This document shows positions 11,450-24,500 of a stretch of 64,000 bases of DNA, one piece after another. The notes under the pieces are model-generated. The model had not been told where the DNA came from and searched no databases. It saw nothing but the letters and a program-made list of their open reading frames with translations. Numbering within the stretch: the stretch's first letter is position 1; every line of letters begins with the position of its first letter. Source of the stretch: Mobula hypostoma (lineage: Eukaryota); contig NC_086109.1 in NCBI RefSeq assembly GCF_963921235.1, forward strand, positions 8,620,001-8,684,000, read 5' to 3'. The position numbers and the translations under genes are program-made.

Positions 11450-11945
11450 TGGAATATTGTGTTCGGTTTTGACTGCCTCATGATGGGAAAGATGTGGAAG
11501 TTTAAAGAGGGTGCAGAGGAGATTCACCAAGATGCTGCCTGGATTAGAGAGCATCTTCTGAAGATAGTTTGAGTGGAACTGGGGCTTTTGGAGCGTAGAA
11601 AGATGAGAGATGACTTGATAGAGGTGCATGAGAGTGGGCAGACAGAGGCAGAAATGGCTAATATGAGAGGACATAATTTTAGGATGACAGGAGGAAATTC
11701 TAGGGAGGATGCCAGAGAGTGGTGGATGTGTGTAATGTGCTGCTGGGGGTGATGGGCACAGCTATGTGCATTGGAGACATTTAAGAGGCTCTGAGATAGG
11801 CACATGGATGGTAGAAAAATGGAGGGCTATGTGGGAGAGAAGGGTTAACTTCATTTTGGAGTAGGGTAAAATGTTTCACAACATCGTGAGCTAAAGAAGG
11901 CTTTCTGCTTGGCCGAGCTGTTCTGTGCTGTCTGTTTATGTTCCA
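11450..11945 (+). mobile_element. CR1-clade LINE 3' fragment
   Basis: RPHLEYCVRF*...RVQRRFTKMLPGLE...RDDLIEV...RGHNFR. Confidence 0.8.
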
Positions 11946-12600
11946 ATTTTCAAAGATAAACTCTCACTCTAAGATCTGCATAGAAGGCATGGAAAATCCT
12001 GGGTAAATAAGATAATAGTTAACTGATTTACCAATTTTACCAGTTGTACCCATATAGCACACATCTTTAATTTCCTATTTAATGCCACACCTACTAAAGT
12101 TTAGGTCGTCTATACTCAACTCTCACCGAAGTTGTCTGCCAATTAGTATTTCTTAACTCACCACTACAAGCCAAGCTAATATCCTTCCTCAATTGTGCAC
12201 TAATCTCTTCAATCAGCAACACAGGGCCGCTTCCTTTTCCTTTTAGGCTGTTCTTTCCTTTGTACTTCCTAAACGTTCAATGCCCTAAATGGATGGTTTC
12301 CAACCTTGATCACACTGCAGCCACATCTCCATAACCCCAATGTTCTCAAATAATGTTGCTGTAGATATTGAGGTTGTTGCTTTGATCCTTTTTTTCCTAG
12401 TTTTTGCTGTAGTTATTGAGATTGGCCTTTTGCTCTCTTGTTGTCGCGGTAGGTATTGAGATTGGCTTTGCTGTAGCTCTAGATTTTGAGTTTGTTTTGC
12501 TGTTGCATTAGATATTGAGAATGATTTTGGTGTTCCTGCAGGTATTGAGAATCTTTCTGTTGTTGTTGCAGGTATTGAGTTTGTTTTTGTTTTTGCTGTA

Positions 12601-13860
12601 GGTATTGAGATTGTTTTTGCTGTTGTTGTAGGTATTGAGATTGTTTTCAGTGTCGCTGTAGGTATTGAGATTGTTTTTGGTGTTGCTGTAGGTATTGAGA
12701 TTGTTTTTGCTGTTGCTGTAGGTATTGAGATTGTTTTCAGTGTCGCTGTAGGTATTGAGATTGTTTTTGGTGTTGCTGTAGGTATTGAGATTGTTTTTGC
12801 TGTTGCTGTAGGTATTGAGATTGTTTTTGCTGTTGCTGTAGGTATTGAGATTGTTTTCGGTGTTGCTGTAGGTATTGAGATTGTTTTCGGTGTTGCTGTA
12901 GGTATTGAGATTGTTTTTGGTGTTGCTGTAGGTATTGAGATTGTTTTCGGTGTTGCTGTAGGTATTGAGATTGTTTTTGGTGTTGCTGTATGTATTGAGA
13001 TTGTTTTCGGTGTTGCTGTAGGTATTGAGATTGTTTTCGGTGTTGCTGTAGGTATTGAGATTGTTTTCGGTGTTGCTGTAGGTATTGAGATTGTTTTTGC
13101 TGTTGCTGTAGGTATTGAGATTGTTTTTGCTGTTGCTGTAGGTATTGAGATTGTTTTCGGTGTTGCTGTAGGTATTGAGATTGTTTTTGCTGTTGCTGTA
13201 GGTATTGAGATTGTTTTCGGTGTTGCTGTAGGTATTGAGATTGTTTTTGCTGTTGCTGTAGGTATTGAGATTGTTTTCAGTGTCGCTGTAGGTATTGAGA
13301 TTGTTTTTGGTGTTGCTGTATGTATTGAGATTGTTTTTGGTGTTGCTGTAGGTATTGAGATTGTTTTCGGTGTCGCTGTAGGTATTGAGATTGTTTTTGC
13401 TGTTGCTGTAGGTATTGAGATTGTTTTCGGTGTTGCTGTAGGTATTGAGATTGTTTTCGGTGTTGCTGTAGGTATTGAGATTGTTTTTGCTGTTGCTGTA
13501 GGTATTGAGATTGTTTTTGCTGTTGCGGTAGGTATTGAGATTGTTTTTGCTGTTGCTGTAGGTATTGAGATTGTTTTCGGTGTTGCTGTAGGTATTGAGA
13601 TTGTTTTTGCTGTTGCTGTAGGTATTGAGATTGTTTTCGGTGTTGCTGTAGGTATCGAGATTGTTTTTGCTGTTGCTGTAGGTATTGAGATTGTTTTCAG
13701 TGTCGCTGTAGGTATTGAGATTGTTTTCAGTGTCGCTGTAGGTATCGAGATTGTTTTTGGTGTTGCTGTAGGTATTGAGATTGTTTTCAGTGTCGCTGTA
13801 GGTATTGAGATTGTTTTCAGTGTCGCTGTAGGTATCGAGATTGTTTTTGGTGTTGCAATA
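12601..13860. repeat. Sub-array A: 42 exact-length 30-bp units
   Basis: GGTATTGAGATTGTTTT[TGC/TGG/CGG/CAG]TGT[T/C]GCTGTA with no indels across 1260 bp. Confidence 0.95.
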
Positions 13861-14700
13861 GATATTGAGATTCTTTAATTTTTGGATTTGCTATAGCATT
13901 GAGATTATTTTTGGTGTTACTGTACATATTGAGATGGTGTTTGTTGTTGCTGTGGGTATTGACATTGTTATTGTAGTTGCTGTGGGTACTGTACTGAGTT
14001 TGTTTTCTTGTTACAGTCAATATTGAGATGCTCTTGGTGTTGCTGTGGGTATTGAGATTGTTGTTCCTGTGCGTTTTGAGATTGCTTGTGGTGTTGTTGC
14101 ATGTATTGATGTTGCTTTTGTATTGCTATATGTTTTGAGGTTACTTTTGGTGTTCCTGTAGGTATTGAGATTGCTTTTAGTATTGCTGTAGGTATTGATA
14201 TTATTTTGGCATATATTGATATTAGATTGATATTATTTTAGGTGTTGCTGTAGATATTGAGATAACTTTTAATTTTGCTGTGAGTATGGGGATTGCTTTT
14301 CCTGTGGCTGTCATATTGAGATTGTTTTTATTGCTGCTCTTGGTATTGAGATTTCATTTGGTGTTGCTGTAGTTATTAAGATTTGCTGTAGTGTTACTGT
14401 AGCTATTGGCTTTTTTTTGTTGCTGCTGTATGTATTGAGATTGTTTTTTGGTGTCATTGTAGGTATTGAGCTTGCTTTTGGTGTTGCTGTAGGTTTAGAG
14501 AGAGTTTTTGGTGTTGAGTATGTATTGAGATTGCTTTTGGTATTGCTAAAGGTATTGAGATTGTTTTTCCTGTTGTTGTAGATATTGAGATTGCTTTTGG
14601 GGTTGCTGTAGCTTTTGAGATTGTTTTTGGTGTTGCAAATGAGATTGCTTTTGCTTTTGGTGTTGCAGGAGGTATTGAGATTGGTTGTGGTGTTGCTGTA

Positions 14701-15560
14701 GGTATAGAGATTGTTTTTGTAGTTGCTGTAAGTATAGAGATTGTTTTTGTAGTTGCTGTTGGTATAGAGATTGTTTTTGTAGTTGCTGTAAGTATAGAGA
14801 TTGTTTTTGTAGTTGCTGTTGGTATAGAGATTGTTTTTGTAGTTGCTGTAAGTATAGATATTGTTTTTGTAGTTGCTGTTGGTATAGAGATTGTTTTTGT
14901 AGTTGCTGTAAGTATAGAGATTGTTTTTGTAGTTGCTGTTGGTATAGAGATTGTTTTTGTAGTTGCTGTTGGTATAGAGATTGTTTTTGTAGTTGCTGTA
15001 GATATAGAGATTGTTTTTGTAGTTGCTGTAAGTATAGAGATTGTTTTTGTAGTTGCTGTAAGTATAGAGATTGTTTTTGTAGTTGCTGTAGGTATAGAGA
15101 TTGTTTTTGTAGTTGCTGTAAGTATAGAGATTGTTTTTGTAGTTGCTGTTGGTATAGAGATTGTTTTTGTAGTTGCTGTTGGTATAGAGATTGTTTTTGT
15201 AGTTGCTGTAAGTATAGAGATTGTTTTTGTAGTTGCTGTTGGTATAGAGATTGTTTTTGTAGTTGCTGTAAGTATAGAGATTGTTTTTGTAGTTGCTGTA
15301 AGTATAGAGATTGTTTTTGTAGTTGCTGTTGGTATAGAGATTGTTTTTGTAGTTGCTGTAGGTATAGAGATTGTTTTTGTAGTTGCTGTAAGTATAGAGA
15401 TTGTTTTTGTAGTTGCTGTTGGTATAGAGATTGTTTTTGTAGTTGCTATTGGTATAGAGATTGTTTTTGTAGTTGCTGTTGGTATAGAGATTGTTTTTGT
15501 AGTTGCTGTTGGTATAGAGATTGTTTTTGTAGTTGCTGTTAGTATAGAGATTGTTTTTGT
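14701..15560. repeat. Sub-array B: ~28 exact-length 30-bp units of a different consensus
   Basis: [G/A]GTATAGAGATTGTTTTTGTAGTTGCTGT[A/T]; first 1-bp deletion at ~15561. Confidence 0.95.
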
Positions 15561-18500
15561 GTTGCTGTTGGTATAGAGATTGTTTTTGTAGTTGCTGTTG
15601 GTATAGAGATTGTTTTTGTAGTTGCTGTAAGTATAGAGATTGTTTTTGTGTTGCTGTATTTTGTGATTGTTTCAGTATTGCTTTACGTGTTGTGATTGTT
15701 TTATTGCTGTAGGTATTGAGATTATTTTAGTGTTGCTGTAGGTATTGTGATTACTTTTAGTGTTGCTGGGGGTATTGAGATTGTTTTTAGTGTTGCTGTA
15801 GGTTTTGAGATTGTTTTAGTGTTGCTGTAGGTATTATGCTTGTTTTTAGTATTGCTGTATGCATTGTGTTTGGTTTTAGTGTTGCTGTAGGTATTGTGAT
15901 TGTTTTATTGCTGTAGGTATTGTGATTATTTTTACTGTTGCTGTAGGTGTTGTGATTGTTTTAGTGTTGCTATAGTTATCGAGATTGCTTTTACTCTTTC
16001 TGTAGCTATTGAGATTCTTTTACTGTTGCTGTAGGTATTGAGATTGTTTTTAGTGTTGATGTAGTTATTGAGATTGATTTTACTGTTGCTGTAGGTATTG
16101 TGATTGTTTTAGTGCTGGGTAGGTATTAGGTTTGTTTTTAGTGTTGCTGTAGGTATTGTGATTATTTTAAGTGTTGCTGAGGGTATTGAGATTATTTTTA
16201 GTGTTGCTGTAGGTTTTGAGATTGTTTTAGTGTTGCTGTAGGTATTGTGATTGTTTTATTGCTGTAGGTATTGTGATTATTATTACTGTTGCTGTAGGTG
16301 TTGTGATTGTTTTAGTGTTGCTATAGTTATCGAGATTGATTTTACTCTTTCTGTAGCTATTGAGATTCTTTTACTGTTGCTGTAGGTATTGAGATTGTTT
16401 TTAGTGTTGCTGCAGGTATTGCGATTGTTTTAGTGTTGCTGTAGTTATTGAGATTGATTTTACTGTTGCTGTAAGTATTGAGATTGTTTTTAGTGTTGCT
16501 GTAGTTATTGAGATTGATTTTACTGTTGCTGTAGGTATTGTGATTGTTTTAGTGCTGGGTAGGTATTAGGTTTGTTTTTAGTGTTGTTGCAGGTATTGTG
16601 ATTTCTTTAGTATTCCAGTCGGTATTTAGATTGTTTTTAGTGTTGCTGTAGGTATTGTGATTGTTTTAGTGTTGCTGTAGGTATTGTGATTGTTTCAGTG
16701 TTGCTCTAACGTGTTGTGATTGTTTTATTGCTGTAGGTATTGAGATTATTTTAGTGTTGCTGTAGGTATTGTGATTGTTTTGATGTTGCTGTAGGTATCG
16801 TGCTTCTTTTATTGTTCCTGTAGTTAATGTCATTGCTTTAGTATTGCTGTAGGTATTGAGATTGTATTAGTGTTGCTGTAGGTATTGAGTTTATTTCAGT
16901 GTTGTTGAAGGTATTGTGATTATTTTTAGTGTTGCTGTATGTATTGTGATTGTTTTTAGTGTTGCTGTATTTTGTGATTGTTTCAGTGTTGCTCTACGTG
17001 TTGTGATTGTTTTATTGCTGTAGGTATTGAGATTATTTTATTGTTGCTGTAGGTATTGTGAATGTTTTAGTGTTGCTGTAAGTATTGCGATTGTTTTAGT
17101 GTTGCTGTAGGTATTGTGATTGTTTTTAGTGTTGCTGGGGGTATTGAGATTGTTTTTAGTGCTGCTGTAGGTTTTGAGATTGTTTTAGTGTTGCTGTATG
17201 TATTGTGATTGTTTTTAGTATTGCTGGGGGTATTGAGATTGTTTTTAGTGTTGCTGTAGGTATTGAGATTGCTTCTGGTGTTGTAGGTATTGTGATTGTT
17301 TTTATTGTTGCTGTAGGTATTGTGATTATTTTAGTGTTGCTGTAAGTATTGATATTGTTTTAGTGAATCTGTAGATATTGTGATTGTTTTAGTCTTGCTC
17401 TACGTATTGTGATTGTTTTATTGCTGTATGTATTGTGATTGTTTTAGTGTTGCTATAGGTACTGAGATTGTGTCTGGTGTTATTGCAGGTATTGTGATTG
17501 TTTTTAGTGTTGCTGTAGTTATTAGAGATTGTTTTTAGTGTTGTTGTAGGTATTGTGATTATTTTAGTGTTGCTGTCGGTGTTCTGATTGCTTTAGTGTT
17601 GTTGTAGGTATTGTGATTGTTTTAGTGTTGCTGCAGGTATTGAGATTGGTTTTAATATTGCTGTAGGTATTGTGATTGTTTTAATGTTGCTGTAGGTGTT
17701 GTGATTGTTTTTAGTGTTGCTGTAGTTATTGAGATTGATTTTACTGTTGCTGTAGATATTGTGATTGTTTTAGTGCTGGGTAGGTATTAGGTTTGTTTTT
17801 AGTGTTGTAGGTATTGTAATTGTTGTAGTGTTGCTGTATTTACTGTGATTGTTTTAGTGTTGCTGTAGGTATTGAGATTGTTATAACTTTTTCTGTAGGT
17901 ATTGTGATTGTTTTTGCTGTTGCTGTATGTATCGAGATTGTTTTTAGTATTGCTGTAGATATTGCGATTGTTTTCCTGTTGGGGTCGGTATTGAGATTGT
18001 TTTTCGTGTTGTTTAGGTATCGAGAATGTTTTAGTGTTGCTGTAGGTATTGTGATTATTTTTAGTGTTGCTGTAGGTATTGTGATTGTTGGTAGTATTGC
18101 TGTATGTATTGTGTTTGGTTATAGTGTTGCTGTAGGTATTATGATTGTTTTATTGCTGTAGGTATTGAGATTCTTTTACTGTTGCTGTAGGTATTGAGAT
18201 TGTTTTTCGTGTTGCTGCAGGTATTGTGATTGTTTTAGTGTTGGGGTAGGTACTGAGATTGTTTTTAGTGTTGCTATAGGTATTGTCATTATTTTTACTG
18301 TTGCTGTTGGTGTTGTGATTGTTTTAGTGTTGTTATAGTTATCGAGATTCCTTTTACTCTTTCTGTATGTATTGAGATTCTTTTACTGTTGCTGTAGGTA
18401 TTGAGATTGTGTTTAGTGTTGCAGCAGGTATTGGGATTGTTTTAGTGTTGCTGTAGGTGTGATTGTTTTTAGTGTTGCTGGGGGTATTGAGATTGTTTTT

Positions 18501-21500
18501 AGTGTTGCTGTAGGTTTTGAGATTGTTTTAGTGTTGCTGTATGTATTGTGATTGTTTTTAGTATTGCTGGGGGTATTGAGATTGTTTTTAGTGTTGCTGT
18601 AGGTATTGTGATTATCTTAGTGTTGCTGTAGCTATTGAGATTGTTTTTAGTGTTGCTGTAGGTATTGTGATTATCTTAGTGTTGCTGTAGCTATTGAGAT
18701 TGTTTTTAGTGTTGCTGTAGGTATTGTGATTATTTTAGTGTTGCTGTATGTATTGTGATTGTTTTTAGTGTTGCTGTATTTTGTGATTGTTTCAGTGTTG
18801 ATTTACGTGTTGTGATTGTTTTATTGCTGTAGGTATTGAGATTATTTTATTGTTGCTGTAGGTATTGAGATTATTTTCGTGTTGCTGTAAGTATTGATAT
18901 TGTTTCAGCGTTGCTGTAGATATTGTGATTGTTTTAGTCTTGCTCTACGTATTGTGATTGTTTTATTGCTGTATGTATTGTGATTGTTTTAGTGTTGCTG
19001 TAAGTATTGAGATTGTTTTAGTGTTGCTGTAGGTATTCTGATTGTTTTATTGCTGTAGGTATTGATATTCTTTTACTGTTGTTGTAGGTATTGAGATTGT
19101 TTTTACTGTTGCTGTAGGTATTGAGATTGTTTTTAGTGTTGCTGTAGTTATTGAGATTGATTTTACTGTTGCTGTAGATATTGTGATTGTTTTAGTGCTG
19201 GGTAGGTATTAGGTTTGTTTTTAGTGTTGCTGTAGGTATTGTAATTGTTGCAGTGTTGCTGTATGTACTGTGATTGTTTTAGTGTTGCTGTAGGTATTGA
19301 GATTGTTATAACTTTTTCTGTAGGTATTGTGATTGTTTTTGCTGTTACTGTATGTATCGAGATTGTTTTTAGTATTGCTGTAGATATTGCGATTGTTTTC
19401 CTGTTGGGATCGGTATTGAGATTGTTTTTCGTGTTGTTTAGGTATCGAGAATGTTTTAGTGTTGCTGTAGGTATTGTGATTATTTTTAGTGTTGCTGTAG
19501 GTATTGTGATTGTTGGTAGTATTGCTGTATGTATTGTGTTTGGTTATAGTGTTGCTGTAGGTATTATGATTGTTTTATTGCTGTAGGTATTGAGATTCTT
19601 TTACTGTTGCTGTAGATATTGAGATTGTTTTTCGTGTTTCTGCAGGTATTGTGATTGTTTTAGTGTTGGGGTAGGTACTGAGATTGTTTTTAGTGTTGCT
19701 GTAGGTATTGTCATTATTTTTACTGTTGCTGTTGGTGTTGTGATTGTTTTAGTGTTGCTATAGTTATCGAGATTGCTTTTACTCTTTCTGTATGTATTGA
19801 GATTCTTTTACTGTTGCTGTAGGTATTGAGATTGTGTTTAGTGTTGCAGCAGGTATTGGGATTGTTTTAGTGTTGCTGTAGTTATTGAGATTGATTTTAC
19901 TGTTGCTGTAGATATTGTGATTGTTTTAGTGCTGGGTAGGTATTAGGTTTGTTTTTAGTGTTGTTGTAGGTATTGTGATTGCTTTAGTGTTGCAGTCGGT
20001 ATTTAGATTGTTTTTAGTGTTGCTGTAGGTATTCTGATTGTTTTTAGTGTTGCTGGGTGTAGTGAGATTGTTTTTAGTGTTGCTGTAGGTTTTGAGATTG
20101 TTTTTAGTGTTGCTGGGGGTATTGAGATTGCTTTTAGTGTTGCTGTAGGTTTTGAGATTGTTTTAGTGTTGCTCTAGGTATTGTGATTATTTTAGTGTTG
20201 CTGTAGCTATTGAGATTGTTTTTAGTGTTGCTGTAGGTATTGTGATTATTTTAGTGTTGCTGTATGTATTGTGATTGTTTTTAGTGTTGCTGTATTTTGT
20301 GATTGTTTCAGTGTTGATTTACGTGTTGTGATTGTTTTATTGCTGTAGGTATTGAGATTATTTTATTGTTGCTGTAGGTATTGAGATTATTTTCGTGTTG
20401 CTGTAAGTATTGATATTGTTTCAGCGTTGCTGTAGATATTGTGATTGTTTTAGTCTTGCTCTACGTATTGTGATTGTTTTATTGCTGTATGTATTGTGAT
20501 TGTTTTAGTGTTGCCATAGGTACTGAGATTGTTTCTGGTGTTGTTGTAGGTATTGTGATTGTTTTTAGTGTTGCTGGAGTTATTAGAGATTGTTTTTAGT
20601 GTTGTTGTAGGTATTGTGATTATTTTAGTGTTGCTGTCGGTGTTCTGATTGTTTTAGTGTTGTTGTAGGTATTGTGATTGTTTTAGTGTTGCTGCATGTA
20701 TTGAGATTGGTTTTAATATCGCTGTAGGTATTGTGATTGTTTTAATGTTGCTGTAGGTATTGTGATTGTTTTTGGTGTTGCTGTAGTTATTGAAATTGAT
20801 TTTACTGTTGCTGTAGATATTGTGATTGTTTTAGCGCTGGGTAGGTATTAGATTTGTTTTTAGTGTTGTTGTAGGTATTGTGATTATTTTAGTGTTGCTG
20901 TCGGTGTTCAGATTGTTTTAATGTTGCTGTAGGTATTGTGATTGTTTTTAGTGTTGCTATAGTTATTGAGATTGATTTTACTGTTGCTGTAGATATTGTG
21001 ATTGTTTTAGTGCTGGGTAGGTATTAGGTTTGTTTTTAGTGTTGCTGTAGGTATTGTGATTGTTGTAGTGTTGCTGTACGTACTGTGATTGTTTTAGTGT
21101 TGCTGTAGGTATTGAGATTGTTATAACTTTTTTTGTAGGTATTGTGATTGTTTTTGCTGTTGCTGCATGTATCGAGATTGTTTTTAGTATTGCTGTAGAT
21201 ATTGCGATTGTTTTCCTGTTGGGGTCGGTATTGAGATTGTTTTTCGTGTTGTTTAGGTATTGAGAATGTTTTAGTGTTGCTGTAGGTATTGTGATTATTT
21301 TTAGTGTTGCTGTAGGTATTGTGATTGTTGGTAGTATTGCTGTATGTATTGTGTTTGGTTATAGTGTTGCTGTAGGTATTATGATTGTTTTTGCTGTCGG
21401 TATTGAGATTCTTTTACTGTTGCTGTAGGTATTGAGATTCTTTGTCGTGTTGCTGCAGGTATTGTGATTGTTTTAGTGTTGGGGTAGGTACTGAGATTGT

Positions 21501-24500
21501 TTTTAGTGTTGCTATAGGTATTGTCATTATTTTTACTGTTGCTGTTGCTGCTGTGATTGTTTTAATGTTGCTATAGTTATCGAGATTGCTTTTACTCTTT
21601 CTGTATGTATTGAGATTCTTTTACTGTTGCAGTAGGTATTGAGATTGTGTTTAGTGTTGCTGCAGGTATTGGGATTGTTTCAGTGTTGCTGTAGTTATTG
21701 ACATTGATTTTACTGTTACTGTAGATATTGTGATTGTTTCAGTGCTGGGTAGGTATTAGGTTTGTTTTTAGTGTTGTTGTAGGTATTGTGATTGCTTTAG
21801 TGTTGCAGTCGGTGTTTAGATTGTTTTTAGTGTTGCTGTAGGTATTCTGATTGTTTTTAGTGTTGCTGGGTGTATTGAGATTGTTTTTAGTGTTGCTGTA
21901 GGTATTCTGATTGTTTTTAGTGTTGCTGGGGGTATTGAGATTGTTTTTAGTGTTGCTGTAGGTTTTGAGATTGTTTTTAGTGTTGATGTAGGTATTGTGA
22001 TTATTTTAGTGTTGCTGTCGGTGTTCTGATTCTTTTAATGTTGCTGTAGGTATTGTGATTGTTTTTAGTGTTGCTGGGTGTATTGAGATTGTTTTTAGTG
22101 TTGCTGTAGGTTTTGAGATTGTTTTTAGTGTTGCTGGGGGTATTGAGATTGTTTTTAGTGTTGCTGCAGGTATTGAGATTGTTTTAGTGTTGCTGTAGGT
22201 ATTGTGATTGTTTTATTGCTGTAGCTATTGAGATTGTTTTTAGTGTTGCTGTAGGTATTGTGATTATTTTAGTGTTGCTGTATGTATTGTGATTGTTTTT
22301 AGTGTTGCTGTATTTTGTGATTGTTTCAGTGTTGATTTACGTGTTGTGATTGTTTTATTGCTGTAGGTATTGAGATTATTTTATTGTTGCTGTAGGTATT
22401 GAGATTATTTTCATGTTGCTGTAAGTATTGATATTGTTTCAGTGTTGCTGTAGATATTGTGATTGTTTTAGTCTTGCTCTACATATTGTGATTGTTTTAT
22501 TGCTGTATGTATTGTGATTGTTTTAGTGTTGCTGTAGGTATTGTGATTGTTGCAGTATTGCTGTTGGTATTGTGATTGTTTTACTGTTGCTATAGGTACT
22601 GAGATTGTTTCTGGTGTTGTAGGTATTGTGATTGTTTTTAGTGTTGCTGGAGTTATTAGAGATTGTTTTGATGTTGCTGTAGGTATTGTGATTGTTTTAG
22701 TGTTGCTGTAGTTATTGTGATTGTTTTAGTGTTGCTGTAAGTATTGAGATTGTTTTAGTGTTGCTGTAGGTATTGTGATTGTTTTATTGCTGTAGGTATT
22801 GAGATTCTTTTACTGTTGTTGTAGGTATTGAGATTGTTTTTAGTGTTGCTGCAGGTATTGTGATTGTTTTAGTGTTGCTGTAGTTATTGAGATTGATTTT
22901 ACTGTTGCTGTAGCTATTGTGATTGTTTTAGTGTTGCTGTAGGTATTGTGATAGTTTCGGTGTTGCTCTACTTTTTGTGATTGTTTCATTGCAGTATGTA
23001 TTGAGATTATTTTAGTTTTGCTGTAGGTATTGTGATTGTTTTTAGTGTTGCTGGGGGTATTGAGATTGTTTTTAGTGTTGATGTAGGTATTGTGATTATT
23101 TTAGTGTTGCTGTATGTATTGTGATTGTTTTTAGTGTTGCTGTATTTTGTGATTGTTTCAGTGTTGCTTTACGTTGTGTGATTGTTTTATTGCTGTAGGT
23201 ATTGAGATTATTTTATTGTTGCTGTAGGTATTGTGATTGTTTTAGTGTTGCTGTAAGTATTGAGATTGTTTTGGTGTTGCTGTAGGTATTGTGATTGTTT
23301 TATTGCTGTAGGTATTGAGATTCTTTTACTGTTGCTGTAGGTATTGAGATTGTTTTTACTGTTGCTGTAGGTATTGTGATTATTTTTAGTGTTGCTGTAG
23401 TCATTGAGATTGATTTTACTGTTGCTGTAGCTATTGTGATTGTTTTAGTGTTGCTGTAGGTATTGTGATTGTTTCGGTGTTGCTCTACTTGTTGTGATTG
23501 TTTCATTGCTGTATGTATTGAGATTATGTTAGTTTTGCTGTAGGTATTGTGATTGTTTTTGGTGTTGCTGGGGGTATTGAGATTGTTTTTAGTGTTGCTG
23601 TAGGTATTGTGATTATTTTAGTGTTGCTGTATGTATTGTGATTGTTTTTAGTGTTGCTGTATTTTGTGATTGTTTCAGTATTGCTTTACGTGTTGTGATT
23701 GTTTTATTGCTGTAGGTATTGAGATTATTTTGTTGTTGCTGTAGGTATTGTGATTATTTTAGTGTTGCTGTAGCTATTGAGATTGTTTTTAGTGTTGCTG
23801 TAGGTATTGTGATTATTTTAGTGTTGCTATATGTATTGTGATTGTTTTCTGTGTTGCTGTATTTTATGATTGTTTTAGTCTTGCTCTACGTATTGTGATT
23901 GTTTTATTGCTGTATGTATTGTGATTGTTTCAGTGTTGCTATAGGTACTGAGATTGTTTCTGGTGTTGTAGGTATTGTGATTGTTTTTTGTGTTGCTGCA
24001 GTTATTAGAGATTGTTTTTAGTGTTGTTGTAGGTATTGTGATTATTTTAGTGTTGTTGTAGGTATTGTGATTGTTTTAGTGTTGCTGCAGGTATTGAGAT
24101 TGGTTTTAATATCGCTGTAGGTATTGTGATTGTTTTAATGTTGCTGTAGGTATTGTGATTGTTTTTGGTGTTGCTGTAGTTATTGAAATTGATTTTACTG
24201 TTGCTGTAGATATTGTGATTGTTTTAGTGCTGGGTAGGTATTAGATTTGTTTTTAGTGTTGTTGTAGGTATTGTGATTGCTTTAGTGTTGCAGTCAGTAT
24301 TTAGATTGTTTTTAGTGTTGCTGTAGGTATTCTGATTGTTTTTAGTGTTGCTGGGGGTATTGAGATTGTTTGTAGTGTTGCTGTAGGTTTTGAGATTGTT
24401 TTAGTGTTGCTGTAGGTATTGTGATTGTTTTTAGTGTTGCTGGGGGTATTCAGATTGTTTTCAGTGTTGCTGTAGGTTTTGAGATTGTTTTACTGTTGCT

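Noticed and set aside
14685..15542. 285-aa Cys-rich ORF (CC[K/W/R]YRDCFCS)n resembling a keratin-associated or metallothionein-like protein
   Set aside because: It is the exact antisense frame of the TATTKTISIP repeat and is open only because TGA became AGA in block B. The same frame has a stop in nearly every unit of block A, and the start is not ATG.
17904..19586. Hydrophobic 'membrane protein' ORFs (IVFAVAVCIEIV...)
   Set aside because: Plus-strand translations of T/G-rich satellite monomers, recurring only because of array duplication.
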